DNA of 64,000 bases from Flavobacteriales bacterium (GCA_020635515.1 JACJZS010000002.1:1162273-1226272); one strand, 5' to 3'; counted from the first letter of the stretch, positions 10,383 to 20,677 are shown. A program made the numbers and translations. The notes: a model not told the origin generated them from the sequence alone.

Positions 10383-10799
10383 ATGGAATTCAAAAATTAT
10401 ACATTGAATGATTTGCCCAAAATAGCAACGTATTTATTAAAGGAAACTCAATCTAAAGTTTTCTTTTTTAATGGAAACCTTGGAGCAGGAAAAACAACAC
10501 TTATTAAGGAAATAGTAAAACAACTTGGATCCGATGATGATGTTTCTTCGCCTACGTTTTCTGTTGTAAATGAATACCATACAGATAACGATGTAGTGTA
10601 TCATTTTGATTTGTATAGAATGAAAAGTCTAGAAGAAATTCTCGATTTTGGATTTGAAGAATACATATTTTCAGGGCATTATTGTTTTATTGAATGGACA
10701 CAACTAGTAGAAGAATGGTACGATGAATCAAAAGTAGATATTACGATAGAAAATACAAATGATATTCGTAAAATAGCTATAAATAACGCGATTAATTAA
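10383..10799 (+). CDS. tsaE: tRNA threonylcarbamoyladenosine biosynthesis protein TsaE
   Basis: 138 aa with the P-loop GNLGAGKTT and the SPTFS motif characteristic of TsaE/YjeE. Confidence 0.85.
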   Translation: MEFKNYTLNDLPKIATYLLKETQSKVFFFNGNLGAGKTTLIKEIVKQLGSDDDVSSPTFSVVNEYHTDNDVVYHFDLYRMKSLEEILDFGFEEYIFSGHYCFIEWTQLVEEWYDESKVDITIENTNDIRKIAINNAIN

Positions 10800-10811
10800 A
10801 ACTTAAAAACC

Positions 10812-12011
10812 ATGTCTATGAAATTTCATACTCCTTTCTCAAAACATGAACTTATACCAAAAGAAGAATGTTTGGAATTAAAAAGACAAAAAGGAAGTTA
10901 CAAAATTGGAATTCCAAAAGAAGATACTTCCGATGAAAATCGCGTATGCTTAACTCCCGATGCAGTATCGGTTTTGGTTAGAAATGGACATCAGGTATAT
11001 GTAGAATCAGGAGCAGGATTAGGTTCTCACTTTCCAGATAATTGGTATTCAGAGGCGGGAGCTCAAATAGAATACGACAAAAGAAAGGTATTTGATAATC
11101 CTATAATCTTAAAAGTTCAACCGCCTACCTTGGAGGAAATAGAAATGATGCAACTCAATGGTTTTCTATTTTCTACTTTACAAGTTAACAATCAGTGTAG
11201 AGCTTATTTTGAACACTTAAATAGAAAAAGAATCACGGCATTGAGCTTTGAATATTTAAAAGATAGCCATAATCAGCTTTCTCTTCTTAGAATGATTAGC
11301 GAAATTACAGGTACAGGTTCTATTTTATTAGCATCTGAGCTATTATCATCTTCTTCAGGCGGAAATGGATTGCTTTTAGGTGGAATTACAGGTGTTCGTC
11401 CTACCGAAATAGTAATTATTGGTGCAGGAACAGTAGGAGAGTTTGCTACACGTTCTGCTCTTGGTTTAGGAGCTTCGGTTCGTGTTTTTGATAATTCCAT
11501 CACCAAACTTCGTAGATTACAAAATCAATTAGGTAGAATTTCTACTTCAACCTTAGATCCAAAAGAATTAAGTAAAATGCTTAAAAGAACAGATGTGCTT
11601 ATCGTTGCGATTCGTTCTAAAGATAAGATTCCTGTTTGGATTACCGAAGAAATGGTAAAAGACATGAAGCAAGGAGCAGTAATTATAGATATAAGCATCG
11701 ATCAAGTGACTTGTGTAGAAACAAGCGAAATTACCACTCATACAAATCCAATAGCTATTAAACATGGTGTGGTGCATTATGGCGTTCCTAATTTTACTTC
11801 TCGTTATGCACGAACTACCTCAAAAGCCATTTCTAATTTTTTCTTGAGCTATTTTTTACATCTCGCAGATGAAGGGAATCTAGAATCTATTTTGTCACAA
11901 GATAAAGGTTTAAAAGAAGGTGCATATGCGTGCAAAGGAAGATGTACCAATAGGATTGTTTCAGAAAAATACAGATTAGATTATCACGATATTAATTTAT
12001 TGCTGTTCTAA
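10812..12011 (+). CDS. ald: Alanine dehydrogenase
   Basis: AlaDH/PNT N- and C-terminal domains with the NAD-binding GxGxxG (IIGAGTVGEFA). Confidence 0.7.
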   Translation: MSMKFHTPFSKHELIPKEECLELKRQKGSYKIGIPKEDTSDENRVCLTPDAVSVLVRNGHQVYVESGAGLGSHFPDNWYSEAGAQIEYDKRKVFDNPIILKVQPPTLEEIEMMQLNGFLFSTLQVNNQCRAYFEHLNRKRITALSFEYLKDSHNQLSLLRMISEITGTGSILLASELLSSSSGGNGLLLGGITGVRPTEIVIIGAGTVGEFATRSALGLGASVRVFDNSITKLRRLQNQLGRISTSTLDPKELSKMLKRTDVLIVAIRSKDKIPVWITEEMVKDMKQGAVIIDISIDQVTCVETSEITTHTNPIAIKHGVVHYGVPNFTSRYARTTSKAISNFFLSYFLHLADEGNLESILSQDKGLKEGAYACKGRCTNRIVSEKYRLDYHDINLLLF

Positions 12012-12029
12012 TAATGCTATTTTGAATCA

Positions 12030-13238
12030 ATGAAAAAGATTGTAATTTTAGGTGGAGGAGCTTCAGGTTTTTTTATTGCTTCTAACCTTGAAAAAAGTAA
12101 AAAATACAGCGTTACCATAGTAGAAAAATCTAAATCCGTGATGCAAAAAGTACGCATTTCAGGAGGAGGAAGATGCAATGTAACTCATGCGTGTTACGAA
12201 CCAGCACAATTGGTCAAATTTTATCCGCGTGGAGAACGAGAATTACAAAGTGTTTTTCATAGATTCAATCCTAAAGATACGATTCAGTGGTTTGAGAAAA
12301 ATAATGTTCCTTTAAAGATAGAGTCAGATAATCGAATATTCCCTAAATCTAATTCTTCCTCATCTATTGTAGAATGTTTGTACGATAAATCCATACAAAA
12401 CGGAACTCTTATAAAAACAGAATTCCCAATTAATTCCATAGAAAAAAAAGAAAATCAATTTATTGTTCATTCTAAAAACGAATCTCTTAGTGCGGATATA
12501 TTACTAGTTTGTAGTGGAAGTGCTCCCAAAATATGGGATTGTCTACAGGAATTAGGACATACTATTATTAATCCTGTTCCATCTCTTTTTTCTTTTAATA
12601 TCCAAGATAAATTGCTTCACGATTTATTGGGAACATCTTTTCAAAATGCAGAAATTTCCATTATTGGAATGAAAAAGTACAAGGAAAAAGGAGATTTACT
12701 CATTACGCATTGGGGATTGAGCGGACCTACAATACTCAGAATTTCTGCTTGGAAAGCAAGAGAATTAGCGGAATTAGATTATAATTTTGAAATTAAAGTA
12801 AACTTTTTAGGCATTTCCTACGAACAAGCATTACAAGAATTTATTGAGTTTAAAAACAACAACGGAAATAAAAAAATAGAAAAAAATAAACCGTTTTCCA
12901 TTACAAATCGATTTTGGAATCGTATTTTGGATAATCATAATATAAATAGTTCAAAAAACTATGCAGAACTAACTAAAAAAGAGCTAACAGCAATTGTAAA
13001 TACGCTTACTCAATCGGTTTTTAACGTTGAAGGGAAAAGCATAAACAAAGAAGAGTTTGTTACTTGTGGAGGAGTTAAACTCAGTGAAGTAAACTTTAAA
13101 ACTATGGAAAGCAAAAAACACAAGAATCTCTATTTTGCAGGAGAAGTACTTAATATTGATGGCATTACAGGTGGATTCAACTTTCAAGCTTGTTGGAGCG
13201 AAAGCTATATTATTTCAGAAGAGCTTAAATCGATTTGA
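12030..13238 (+). CDS. NAD(P)/FAD-dependent oxidoreductase, HI0933/BaiN family flavoprotein
   Basis: FAD-binding GGGASG at the N-terminus, with motifs typical of the HI0933-like family (RISGGGRCNVTH, HWGLSGP). Confidence 0.8.
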   Translation: MKKIVILGGGASGFFIASNLEKSKKYSVTIVEKSKSVMQKVRISGGGRCNVTHACYEPAQLVKFYPRGERELQSVFHRFNPKDTIQWFEKNNVPLKIESDNRIFPKSNSSSSIVECLYDKSIQNGTLIKTEFPINSIEKKENQFIVHSKNESLSADILLVCSGSAPKIWDCLQELGHTIINPVPSLFSFNIQDKLLHDLLGTSFQNAEISIIGMKKYKEKGDLLITHWGLSGPTILRISAWKARELAELDYNFEIKVNFLGISYEQALQEFIEFKNNNGNKKIEKNKPFSITNRFWNRILDNHNINSSKNYAELTKKELTAIVNTLTQSVFNVEGKSINKEEFVTCGGVKLSEVNFKTMESKKHKNLYFAGEVLNIDGITGGFNFQACWSESYIISEELKSI

Positions 13239-13253
13239 TATTGGTTAGTACAT

Positions 13254-14702
13254 TTAATTATTACTCTTCATTTTTAGAGTAATTTCTCCAATATTGTAAG
13301 CGTATACTGAAGCAGGAATAAAAGTAAAATTATATCCTAGTACTTCTTTCATTCCTAATTGGTCAATTGATGTGACAACAGCAGATTCAAATTTATTCTC
13401 TTCACAAAATTTAATTAAACTTTTTAACTCTTGAGGTTTTTCAAAGTACCTATTACTCCATTTAATCTCTACTCCCCAAAGAGGTTTATAACTTTTATCG
13501 TCAACTAAAACAAGGTCTACTTCTCCCTCTTTTCTTCCTTCTTTCCATCTTGCATAAGTTAAGTCGAGTTGCTCTCGATGCATCCATTGAGAAAGAATAG
13601 CCGTTTCTACTATATTTCCAATTTCTTGGTCTGTTTCATTTATTGGAGAAAATAAAGCTGTCCGAAGTGATGGATTTGTGAGGTATACTTTGAAACTTGT
13701 TATTCTTTTCAACCTTTTTGCATTGATTCCTACTTTATTTAAAACTTTAATAAGAAACGCAGCTTCTAAATATTCTAAATATTTTTTTAATGTATCCTTT
13801 TGAATTCCACTTTCCCTAGACATAGTTTCATATGAAAATTCATTTCCTGTATTGTATGCTATGTATGTGAAAAATCTATTTAATTCTTGAACATCTTTAA
13901 TTCCATATAAACTCGGCAAATCTCTGAGTAGAACTTTGTCAACAATATCATTTTTTACATACCTTCCCATATCATTTTGTATTTTTTCAGATAGTACAAC
14001 TTCAGGATATCCTCCAAAGTTTAAATACTGCACAAACTCTTTATTTAATGCCTTTGTATCATGTGCAATGCAATATTTGATATCCTTATTTCCATATTTT
14101 ACTTTACCTTCAAAAATTAAATGGTCTAATTTTTTTAAATGTATATATTCTTGAAAAGTTAAAGGAGGTAATAGAAAGTCAGTAAATCTACCTGCTCCAC
14201 TTTCCTTGCTGTGCCACCTTAAAGCAGCGGCGGCAGATCCAGAAACAATAAATTTAGTTTCAGGATATGTGTCCACCAAAACTTTTAAATGCCTTTCCCA
14301 ATCTTTCAAATATTGTATTTCATCAAAAAAGATAAAACATTCATTAAGGTTTTTAAGATTCAAAGACTCTTTGCAAAGACTTAAAATATCTTCTAAACTT
14401 AGGTTTACGTAGATGGGGTTATCAATTCCTATAAAAAATAGTTTATGAGGATTCACACCGTCTTTAAGCAACTTATCAATGCTATGAAATAGCATTACTG
14501 TTTTACCAACTCTCCTAGGTCCCATTAAAACTAAAGCTCTTTTAATATTCCGCTCAAGAACAAAAGGATAGAGTAATTTAAAATAGAGTCTTTTTGACAT
14601 TGAGCTATATGCTTTTGGTATTTCTTTAGTTATCCACCATGGATTTTCATATCGAAGACGCTCAATAATCTTTTCTGTTGGAATAAGGTTTGTTTTAGAC
14701 AT
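13254..14702 (-). CDS. AAA+ ATPase with DUF4143 C-terminal domain (COG1373-type ATP-binding protein)
   Basis: Walker A LMGPRRVGKT and Walker B IFFDEIQ. The architecture is common in Bacteroidetes. Confidence 0.8.
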   Translation of the reverse strand: MSKTNLIPTEKIIERLRYENPWWITKEIPKAYSSMSKRLYFKLLYPFVLERNIKRALVLMGPRRVGKTVMLFHSIDKLLKDGVNPHKLFFIGIDNPIYVNLSLEDILSLCKESLNLKNLNECFIFFDEIQYLKDWERHLKVLVDTYPETKFIVSGSAAAALRWHSKESGAGRFTDFLLPPLTFQEYIHLKKLDHLIFEGKVKYGNKDIKYCIAHDTKALNKEFVQYLNFGGYPEVVLSEKIQNDMGRYVKNDIVDKVLLRDLPSLYGIKDVQELNRFFTYIAYNTGNEFSYETMSRESGIQKDTLKKYLEYLEAAFLIKVLNKVGINAKRLKRITSFKVYLTNPSLRTALFSPINETDQEIGNIVETAILSQWMHREQLDLTYARWKEGRKEGEVDLVLVDDKSYKPLWGVEIKWSNRYFEKPQELKSLIKFCEENKFESAVVTSIDQLGMKEVLGYNFTFIPASVYAYNIGEITLKMKSNN

Positions 14703-14852
14703 GTTTTAATTTATATTTACAAATATACAAATAATAAATATATTTAAATCCATCTAAAATTACAAAAATGTAGTCTATAAATGATTTATAGATGTATATA
14801 TATACTTAATTATACAATCTACGCAAATCAAAATAAGAGTTCATATGAAATC

Positions 14853-14908
14853 AAAAAAAAGAAAGTATAAATATCAAATCGATTTGATATTGGTACTTTC
14901 TTTTTTTT
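14853..14908. terminator. 56-nt near-perfect palindrome (bidirectional intrinsic terminator) embedded in the last 13 codons of kdsC
   Basis: aaaaaaaagaaagta-taa-atatcaaatcgatttgatat-tgg-tactttctttttttt. Outer 15-bp arms and an inner 20-bp perfect palindrome. An A-run on one side and a T-run on the other give a U-tract in either orientation. Confidence 0.6.
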
Positions 14909-15410
14909 CAATATTAAACCATCGACTTTGAACTTTTAAGGTTTGTTCTATAACATCTCTTACGCAACCTTCTCCACCTTTGAATGGAGAAACATAATCG
15001 GTAATTGATTTTATTTCTTGGCAAGCATCATGAGGACAAGCAGAAACTCCACAAATTGTCATTACTTCGTAGTCAGGAATGTCATCTCCCATGTAAAGCA
15101 ATTCCTCATCTTTGAATCCGTATTTATATTTAAAATCTTCGTAATCTTCAATTTTATTGTGAGAATTTAAATAAATATCGGTAATCTGTAAACCTTTAAA
15201 ACGTTCAGCAACAGAATCATCTTTTCCTCCTGTGATAATACATATAGGAAATCCTTTTTTTACCGCAAATTGCATAGCAAAACCATCTTTTGTGTTCATA
15301 GAACGGCTCATAGTTCCGTCTTTTAGCAAGATTTTTCCGTCAGTTAAAACTCCATCAACATCAAATATAAAAGCTTTTATATTGTTTAGTTTTTCTTTGT
15401 AATTTATCAT
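14874..15410 (-). CDS. kdsC: 3-deoxy-D-manno-octulosonate 8-phosphate phosphatase (HAD superfamily, KdsC family)
   Basis: HAD motif I FDVDGVLTDG, plus the KdsC-specific pattern and its size of 178 aa. Confidence 0.8.
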   Translation of the reverse strand: MINYKEKLNNIKAFIFDVDGVLTDGKILLKDGTMSRSMNTKDGFAMQFAVKKGFPICIITGGKDDSVAERFKGLQITDIYLNSHNKIEDYEDFKYKYGFKDEELLYMGDDIPDYEVMTICGVSACPHDACQEIKSITDYVSPFKGGEGCVRDVIEQTLKVQSRWFNIEKKESTNIKSI

Positions 15411-15421
15411 TATAAAAGGAA

Positions 15422-16180
15422 TTAATTGTATTTAGAATTTATTTTTTTGCTGATTAAATCATAAATCAGTTTTAATTTATCGTCTTGCAATACGTTTAAG
15501 TGCTTTTCGATTACAATTTTATCGTTTCTTTTTGCGGGACCTGTTTGAGCTTTTTCAGGAGATAATTCTTCTATTTTGTCGGCAGTTTCCTTTATTAGTG
15601 GTTTTAATATATCAAAAGGTAAATTATTTTTTTTGCAAATATCATCTCCAACAGAGTACATATAATTTACGAAGTTACAAACCCAGACTGCACTCATTTG
15701 TAAAAATAAACGTTGCTGAGAATCGGTTTTGTATACATGTTCCGAAACCTTGGAGATAAGTTCTTCTAACTTTTTTGAGTCATCTTCATTTTCAGTTTCT
15801 ATAAAAAACGGAATTTCATTGTAGTTTAATTTTCTGTCTTTGGTAAATGTTTGTAATGGATACAAAACGCCTTTTCTGTATTTTCCTTTTAATGATTGTA
15901 TTGGCATAGAACCAGAAGTGTGTACTACCAAAGCATTTTCAAAAGGAATATGATATGAAATTTCTTCTATAGATGAATCTGATGAGGTAACAATATATAA
16001 GTCAGCTTTTTCAATCTCGGAAATCTTATCGGTGTATGCTATATTATTTTCTTCAGCTACTTTTTTTGCTTTTTCTAGTGTGCGATTGTATATTTGTTTT
16101 ACTTGAATGGTATTTTCTATAAAAGCACGCGTTAAGTGAAAAGCTACATTTCCCGCTCCTAAAATTACAACCGTTTTCAT
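15422..16180 (-). CDS. Rossmann-fold NAD(P)-binding protein, DUF2520 / ProC-like oxidoreductase family
   Basis: N-terminal VVILGAGNVAFHL dinucleotide-binding motif. The C-terminal DUF2520-like region is usual for Bacteroidetes. Confidence 0.55.
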   Translation of the reverse strand: MKTVVILGAGNVAFHLTRAFIENTIQVKQIYNRTLEKAKKVAEENNIAYTDKISEIEKADLYIVTSSDSSIEEISYHIPFENALVVHTSGSMPIQSLKGKYRKGVLYPLQTFTKDRKLNYNEIPFFIETENEDDSKKLEELISKVSEHVYKTDSQQRLFLQMSAVWVCNFVNYMYSVGDDICKKNNLPFDILKPLIKETADKIEELSPEKAQTGPAKRNDKIVIEKHLNVLQDDKLKLIYDLISKKINSKYN

Positions 16181-16220
16181 AAATGATTTTTTTTATCTGT
16201 GGTGTAAAGGTAATTCATTT

Positions 16221-16553
16221 TTAATGACTTGTATATATCCAACCTTGATTTCCCGATTCAAAAGTTACTAAAATTCTTTTGTAGTCAGAAACTTCATATT
16301 CATCGGAATGTTTCAGTTCTTCTTTAGTAATTTCATACAGAATTCCTTCTATTTCATCAGCTGGATTTCCTGTATACATAGCAATCGGATGAATATTTTT
16401 TCCACTTTGTTCAATTACTTTTTTGTCTTTTATTTCTAAATCCAATACTTTGTAGTTCTTTAAGACTTCATGATTTCCGTGTAATCTTCTTCCAAAATTT
16501 GCCATTTGAACCGATTCTAATTGCAATGTTCCGTACGAAAAAAGTTTTTCCAT
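16221..16553 (-). CDS. Gamma-glutamylcyclotransferase-like (AIG2/GGCT family) protein
   Basis: Starts MEKLFSYGTLQ, the characteristic YGTL motif of GGCT-like proteins. 110 aa. Confidence 0.65.
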   Translation of the reverse strand: MEKLFSYGTLQLESVQMANFGRRLHGNHEVLKNYKVLDLEIKDKKVIEQSGKNIHPIAMYTGNPADEIEGILYEITKEELKHSDEYEVSDYKRILVTFESGNQGWIYTSH

Positions 16554-16559
16554 TGTTTT

Positions 16560-17876
16560 TTAGTTGATTATATAAATTCCGTCAGTATCTATTTTATCCA
16601 GTAGTACAGTTTCTAATGTGTTGATTTTATTTTTATTGAACTTCGTTTTTACACGTACATAATTTTCTGTGAATCCAAACATCATTCCGCTTTTGTTTTC
16701 GTGTTCCCAAAGAGCAGTTTTTCTTTTTCCGAGCTGAGATAAATAAAATTGTTTTTTCTTTTTTTCTGAGAGAATTCGGAGCATTTTATTTCTCTTTTTT
16801 CGTTCAGAAACAGGGACAATACCTTCCATTTCTACTGCTTCTGTATTTTCTCTTTCAGAATAAGTAAATACGTGTAAATAACTAATGTCTAAGTTATTGA
16901 TGTAGTTGTATGTTTCCATGAATTTTTCTTCTGTTTCTCCCGGGAAACCTACGATTACATCAACACCTATACAACAGTCAGGAATTTGATTTCGAATTGC
17001 ATCTACTCTTTCTGAGTAGAGTTTTGTTAAGTATCTGCGTTTCATTTTATTTAGAAGCTCATCACTTCCTGATTGTAAAGGAATATGAAAATGAGGAACA
17101 AATACTTTACTTTTAGATACAAATTCTATGGTTTCATTTTTTAATAAATTTGGTTCTATAGATGAAATTCGCACACGATTGATTCCTTCTATATTTTCCA
17201 GATTTTTTACCAAATCAAAGAATGTATGCTCGTGTTTTTTATTTCCGAATTCTCCTTTTCCATAATCTCCTACATTTACACCTGTTAAAACAATTTCCTG
17301 AATTCCTTGTTCGGAGATTTCTTTTGCTTGTTTTAGTATGTTTTCTAGTGTATCGGAACGAGAAATTCCTCTTGCTAACGGAATCGTACAATACGTACAT
17401 TTGTAGTCACAACCATCTTGAACTTTCAAAAATGCACGTGTTCTATCTCCTATAGAATACGAACCAACATAAAAATCTGTTTCTTCTATTTCGCAGGAAT
17501 GAATCTTTTCGTCGTGATTTTTATCATACGATTCTAAAAATTCTATAATGTTAAATTTTTCTTTTGCACCTAATACTAAGTCAACTCCTTCTATTTCTGC
17601 AATTTCATTGGGTTTTAGTTGAGCATAACAACCAATAATGATTACAAATGAATCAGGATTTGCTTTTAATGCTCGTTTTACAATGGTTTTACATTCTTTA
17701 TCTGCATTTTCGGTAACCGAACATGTATTAATTACTACTACATCAGCAAAAGTTCCAAATTCAACTTTTTTATATCCGTTTTCCACTAATTGACGTGCAA
17801 TAGTTGAGGTTTCAGAAAAGTTTAGTTTACAACCTAACGTATAAAAGGCAACTGTTTTTGTTTCCACAGAAATCAT
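16560..17876 (-). CDS. mtaB: tRNA (N6-threonylcarbamoyladenosine) methylthiotransferase, radical SAM MiaB-like
   Basis: N-terminal MTTase domain (FYTLGCKLNFSE), a radical-SAM CxxxCxxC (CDYKCTYCTIP) and a TRAM-like C-terminus. Shorter than MiaB, consistent with MtaB. Confidence 0.8.
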   Translation of the reverse strand: MISVETKTVAFYTLGCKLNFSETSTIARQLVENGYKKVEFGTFADVVVINTCSVTENADKECKTIVKRALKANPDSFVIIIGCYAQLKPNEIAEIEGVDLVLGAKEKFNIIEFLESYDKNHDEKIHSCEIEETDFYVGSYSIGDRTRAFLKVQDGCDYKCTYCTIPLARGISRSDTLENILKQAKEISEQGIQEIVLTGVNVGDYGKGEFGNKKHEHTFFDLVKNLENIEGINRVRISSIEPNLLKNETIEFVSKSKVFVPHFHIPLQSGSDELLNKMKRRYLTKLYSERVDAIRNQIPDCCIGVDVIVGFPGETEEKFMETYNYINNLDISYLHVFTYSERENTEAVEMEGIVPVSERKKRNKMLRILSEKKKKQFYLSQLGKRKTALWEHENKSGMMFGFTENYVRVKTKFNKNKINTLETVLLDKIDTDGIYIIN

Positions 17877-17932
17877 TTTACAAAGGTATAAAAAGAAATG
17901 TTTATTACATTTGCAAAATATTCAAAATAAGA

Positions 17933-18316
17933 TTGAAATACGTAGTTGCATTAACGTTAATTATTATTTTTTCACTACCATCTTTACAAAAGATTTGGAT
18001 TGTTATTGATTTTAAAATTAATCAAGATTTTATTGCTGAAGTCTTGTGTATCAACAAAGAAAAGCCAGAAAAACATTGTAATGGTAAATGTTATTTAGCA
18101 AAAGAATTAGAGAAATCAGACGAAGAAAACGATAAAAAGCAACCAAAAGAAGTTTCTAAAAAGAAAATAGAGTTTAATTTTATTTGTCCTGATTTTCAGA
18201 TTGACTTACCTAGAAAGAGTAGAATTACAAAGAAAAAGTTTTATACTTTTAAAAATATACCAATTTCTTCCTATTCCGAGGAGTTGTTTCATCCTCCTGA
18301 ATTACGTTGTATTTAA
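17933..18316 (+). CDS. Small secreted/membrane-anchored Cys-containing protein upstream of a TonB-dependent receptor; start is uncertain (TTG proposed)
   Basis: The ORF-track version (17804..) has its first 73 bp overlapping the mtaB 5' end on the opposite strand. A TTG at 17933 gives M-KYVVALTLIIIFSLPSLQ, a clean signal/anchor sequence. The mature part carries CNGKC and CPDF motifs. Confidence 0.3.
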   Translation: MKYVVALTLIIIFSLPSLQKIWIVIDFKINQDFIAEVLCINKEKPEKHCNGKCYLAKELEKSDEENDKKQPKEVSKKKIEFNFICPDFQIDLPRKSRITKKKFYTFKNIPISSYSEELFHPPELRCI

Positions 18317-18375
18317 TTCAAAACTTGACGAACATATTCGTCAAAATCATCTTATTAATTAAATCAAACAAAGAA

Positions 18376-20637
18376 ATGAATCGAAATAAATACATTATAC
18401 GATTTGTTATGTGTATATTTTTATACTTTATGTATACGCATATATCGTATTCTCAAATTATAAATGAAATAAAACTAGTAGATAAAGAAGATAATTCTCC
18501 TATAGAAGGAGTGGTTTTTACCTACGGAAATCAATCAGGTATTTCTGATGAAAATGGGATTATCAATTTACAAGAAAAAGAAAATATTTCTCTAATTCTT
18601 TCTCATATTAAGTATGGGGAAAAAGAATTAAGTAAAGAAAAGCTGAAAGAGGTTTTTAAAACACAAATTTATTTTATGCAGGAAATTCCTTCTATGCTTT
18701 ATCCGATAACCATTATAGGAACAAAGGAAAATCCAAATGAAATTTCAGTAACGAGCCAAGATAGAATGACGCATGACGGAGCGGTACTACTGAATCAAAT
18801 CCCTGAATTTAACAGTATTAGAAAAAGTGGAAACTATGGTTTTGATCCTGTTTTTAGAGGATTTAAAGATGCTCAATTAAATGTGGTAATGAATGGAGTT
18901 CAGACTAGTACAACGGCTTGTCCCAATAGAATGGATCCAGTTACAAGCCAAATGTCGCCAAACATGATGGAAAAAGTTGAAATCATAAAAGGACCTTATG
19001 CATTGCGTTATGGTTCAGGATTGGGAGCAACAATTAATTTTGTTTCAAAAGAACTAAAGTATTCAAAACAAGAAAATCTTTATGGACGCTTATCGGGAAA
19101 ATACGAGAGTAATGGAGAAGTTTTACGTAGTGAAGGACAAATAGGATACAGCCAGAAAAACTACAATGTAAATGTGTTTTCCGCATGGTCACAAGGAAAT
19201 GATTATAAAGATGGAAATGGAGAAACAGTTCCAGCAAATTTTTCGCGAGGAAGTTTTGGTGTAAGTGGAGGAATTAAAATTACTGATAATCAAGAGTTGA
19301 AAGCTTCGGTAATTCATAATGTAGCAGATGATACAGATTTTCCAAGTTTAATGATGGATTTAAGGAAAGATGATGTTTGGATGTTAAATCTGGAACATAA
19401 AATAGAGTTAAATAAGAAGAATTTAAAATCATGGAATTCTAACGTTTATGGTTCTTTTGTAAATCATTTAATGGATAATAAATTAAAGGAATTAAATCCA
19501 AGAATGATGAATGCGGAAACGTCAATTAATACTAAAAATTATGGAGTTAGGACAGAAGGGAAATGGAAATTTAAAAATGATGAATTATATACGGGATTGG
19601 ATATTCGTCATGAGCAAGCTGAGGGAGAAAGAAAAAGAGAATTTTTAATGGGACCTAATGCAGGAAAGACATTTACAGAAACTGCTTGGCAAGATGGATT
19701 TATTACTAAATCAGCATTATTTGGAGAATACCACACCAATCTGAATGATTTTGAATTTGTTTTTTCTTCTCGATTAGAACTTAATTCTTCTGATGTAAAA
19801 AATCCTGATAGCGACTATACGAGTGTATATTCCGATGTTCAAAAAACTCAATTTAATCCAAATTTTAGTTTAGGAGTTTCAAAAGCAATTTCAAATAAAA
19901 TTAAGTTGGGAGCGTGGTTGGCACGAGTTCAAAGGAGTGGAAGTTTAACAGAAAGATATATTAATTACTTTACGGTTGGAAAAGATGCATACGAGATGTT
20001 GGGAAATCCAAATTTAAATCCTGAAGTAAATAATCAGATTGATGTAGTTTTTGATTGGAGCACTTCTAAAACAAAAGTTAATGTAGATGTTTTTGCTTCT
20101 TATCTGCAAGATTATATTTCTTCGGTAATCAATCCTAATTTAACTTCTATGATTGCTTCGAGTCCTGGTGTTCGGCAATACATAAATATAAGTAAAGCTC
20201 AGAAAATGGGATTTGAACTTAAATGGAAACAAGATTTAGTTAAAAATATTTATCAGAATGTAGCAATTGCGTATACATATGCTCAAGATTTAGAAAGAGA
20301 TAAACCTTTACCAGAAATTGCACCGTTGGATTTTAGGTATTCATTACAAGGAAATTATTTTGATGGAAAATTTAAACCTGAAATTTCTTTCCGTCATGTT
20401 TTGAGGCAATCGCGTATTTCTAGTGAATTTGGAGAAACTGAAACACCTTCTTTTTCGGTGTTTGATTTTGATGTAATGTATAAATTATCAAAAAAAGTAC
20501 ACTTGAATGCTGGAATTTTAAATTTATTTGATGAGAATTATTACGAGCACTTAAATAGAAATAGGATAAATACTCAAAAACCAATTTATGCTCCAGGAAG
20601 AAATTTTTATATTTCTTTTACGGCAGATTTCAACTAA
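18376..20637 (+). CDS. TonB-dependent receptor
   Basis: Signal peptide after the internal Met (MNRNKYIIRFVMCIFL...), a plug domain (DGAVLLNQIPEFNSIRKSG...FRGF) and a ~600-aa beta-barrel. The ORF-track start at 18307 looks like an N-terminal over-extension. Confidence 0.85.
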   Translation: MNRNKYIIRFVMCIFLYFMYTHISYSQIINEIKLVDKEDNSPIEGVVFTYGNQSGISDENGIINLQEKENISLILSHIKYGEKELSKEKLKEVFKTQIYFMQEIPSMLYPITIIGTKENPNEISVTSQDRMTHDGAVLLNQIPEFNSIRKSGNYGFDPVFRGFKDAQLNVVMNGVQTSTTACPNRMDPVTSQMSPNMMEKVEIIKGPYALRYGSGLGATINFVSKELKYSKQENLYGRLSGKYESNGEVLRSEGQIGYSQKNYNVNVFSAWSQGNDYKDGNGETVPANFSRGSFGVSGGIKITDNQELKASVIHNVADDTDFPSLMMDLRKDDVWMLNLEHKIELNKKNLKSWNSNVYGSFVNHLMDNKLKELNPRMMNAETSINTKNYGVRTEGKWKFKNDELYTGLDIRHEQAEGERKREFLMGPNAGKTFTETAWQDGFITKSALFGEYHTNLNDFEFVFSSRLELNSSDVKNPDSDYTSVYSDVQKTQFNPNFSLGVSKAISNKIKLGAWLARVQRSGSLTERYINYFTVGKDAYEMLGNPNLNPEVNNQIDVVFDWSTSKTKVNVDVFASYLQDYISSVINPNLTSMIASSPGVRQYINISKAQKMGFELKWKQDLVKNIYQNVAIAYTYAQDLERDKPLPEIAPLDFRYSLQGNYFDGKFKPEISFRHVLRQSRISSEFGETETPSFSVFDFDVMYKLSKKVHLNAGILNLFDENYYEHLNRNRINTQKPIYAPGRNFYISFTADFN

Positions 20638-20644
20638 AAAAAAG

Positions 20645-20673
20645 AAGCGTTCGGAACGAAGTTCCGAACGCTT
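20645..20673. terminator. Bidirectional rho-independent terminator between the convergent TonB-receptor genes
   Basis: Perfect 13-bp stem aagcgttcggaac / gttccgaacgctt with a gaa loop. An A-run precedes it and a T-containing tract follows it. It is the most GC-rich hairpin in the local AT-rich context. Confidence 0.75.
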
Positions 20674-20677
20674 TGTA

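Noticed and set aside
13260-13283. Weak hairpin attactct / agagtaat between the convergent flavoprotein and AAA-ATPase genes
   Set aside because: Only an 8-bp AT-rich stem, and it lies inside the 3' coding end of the ATPase gene. Not convincing as a terminator.
17804-17932. N-terminal 43 codons of the track ORF 17804..18316
   Set aside because: They overlap the 5' end of the divergent mtaB gene. A TTG start at 17933 produces a proper signal peptide, so the upstream extension is judged non-coding.
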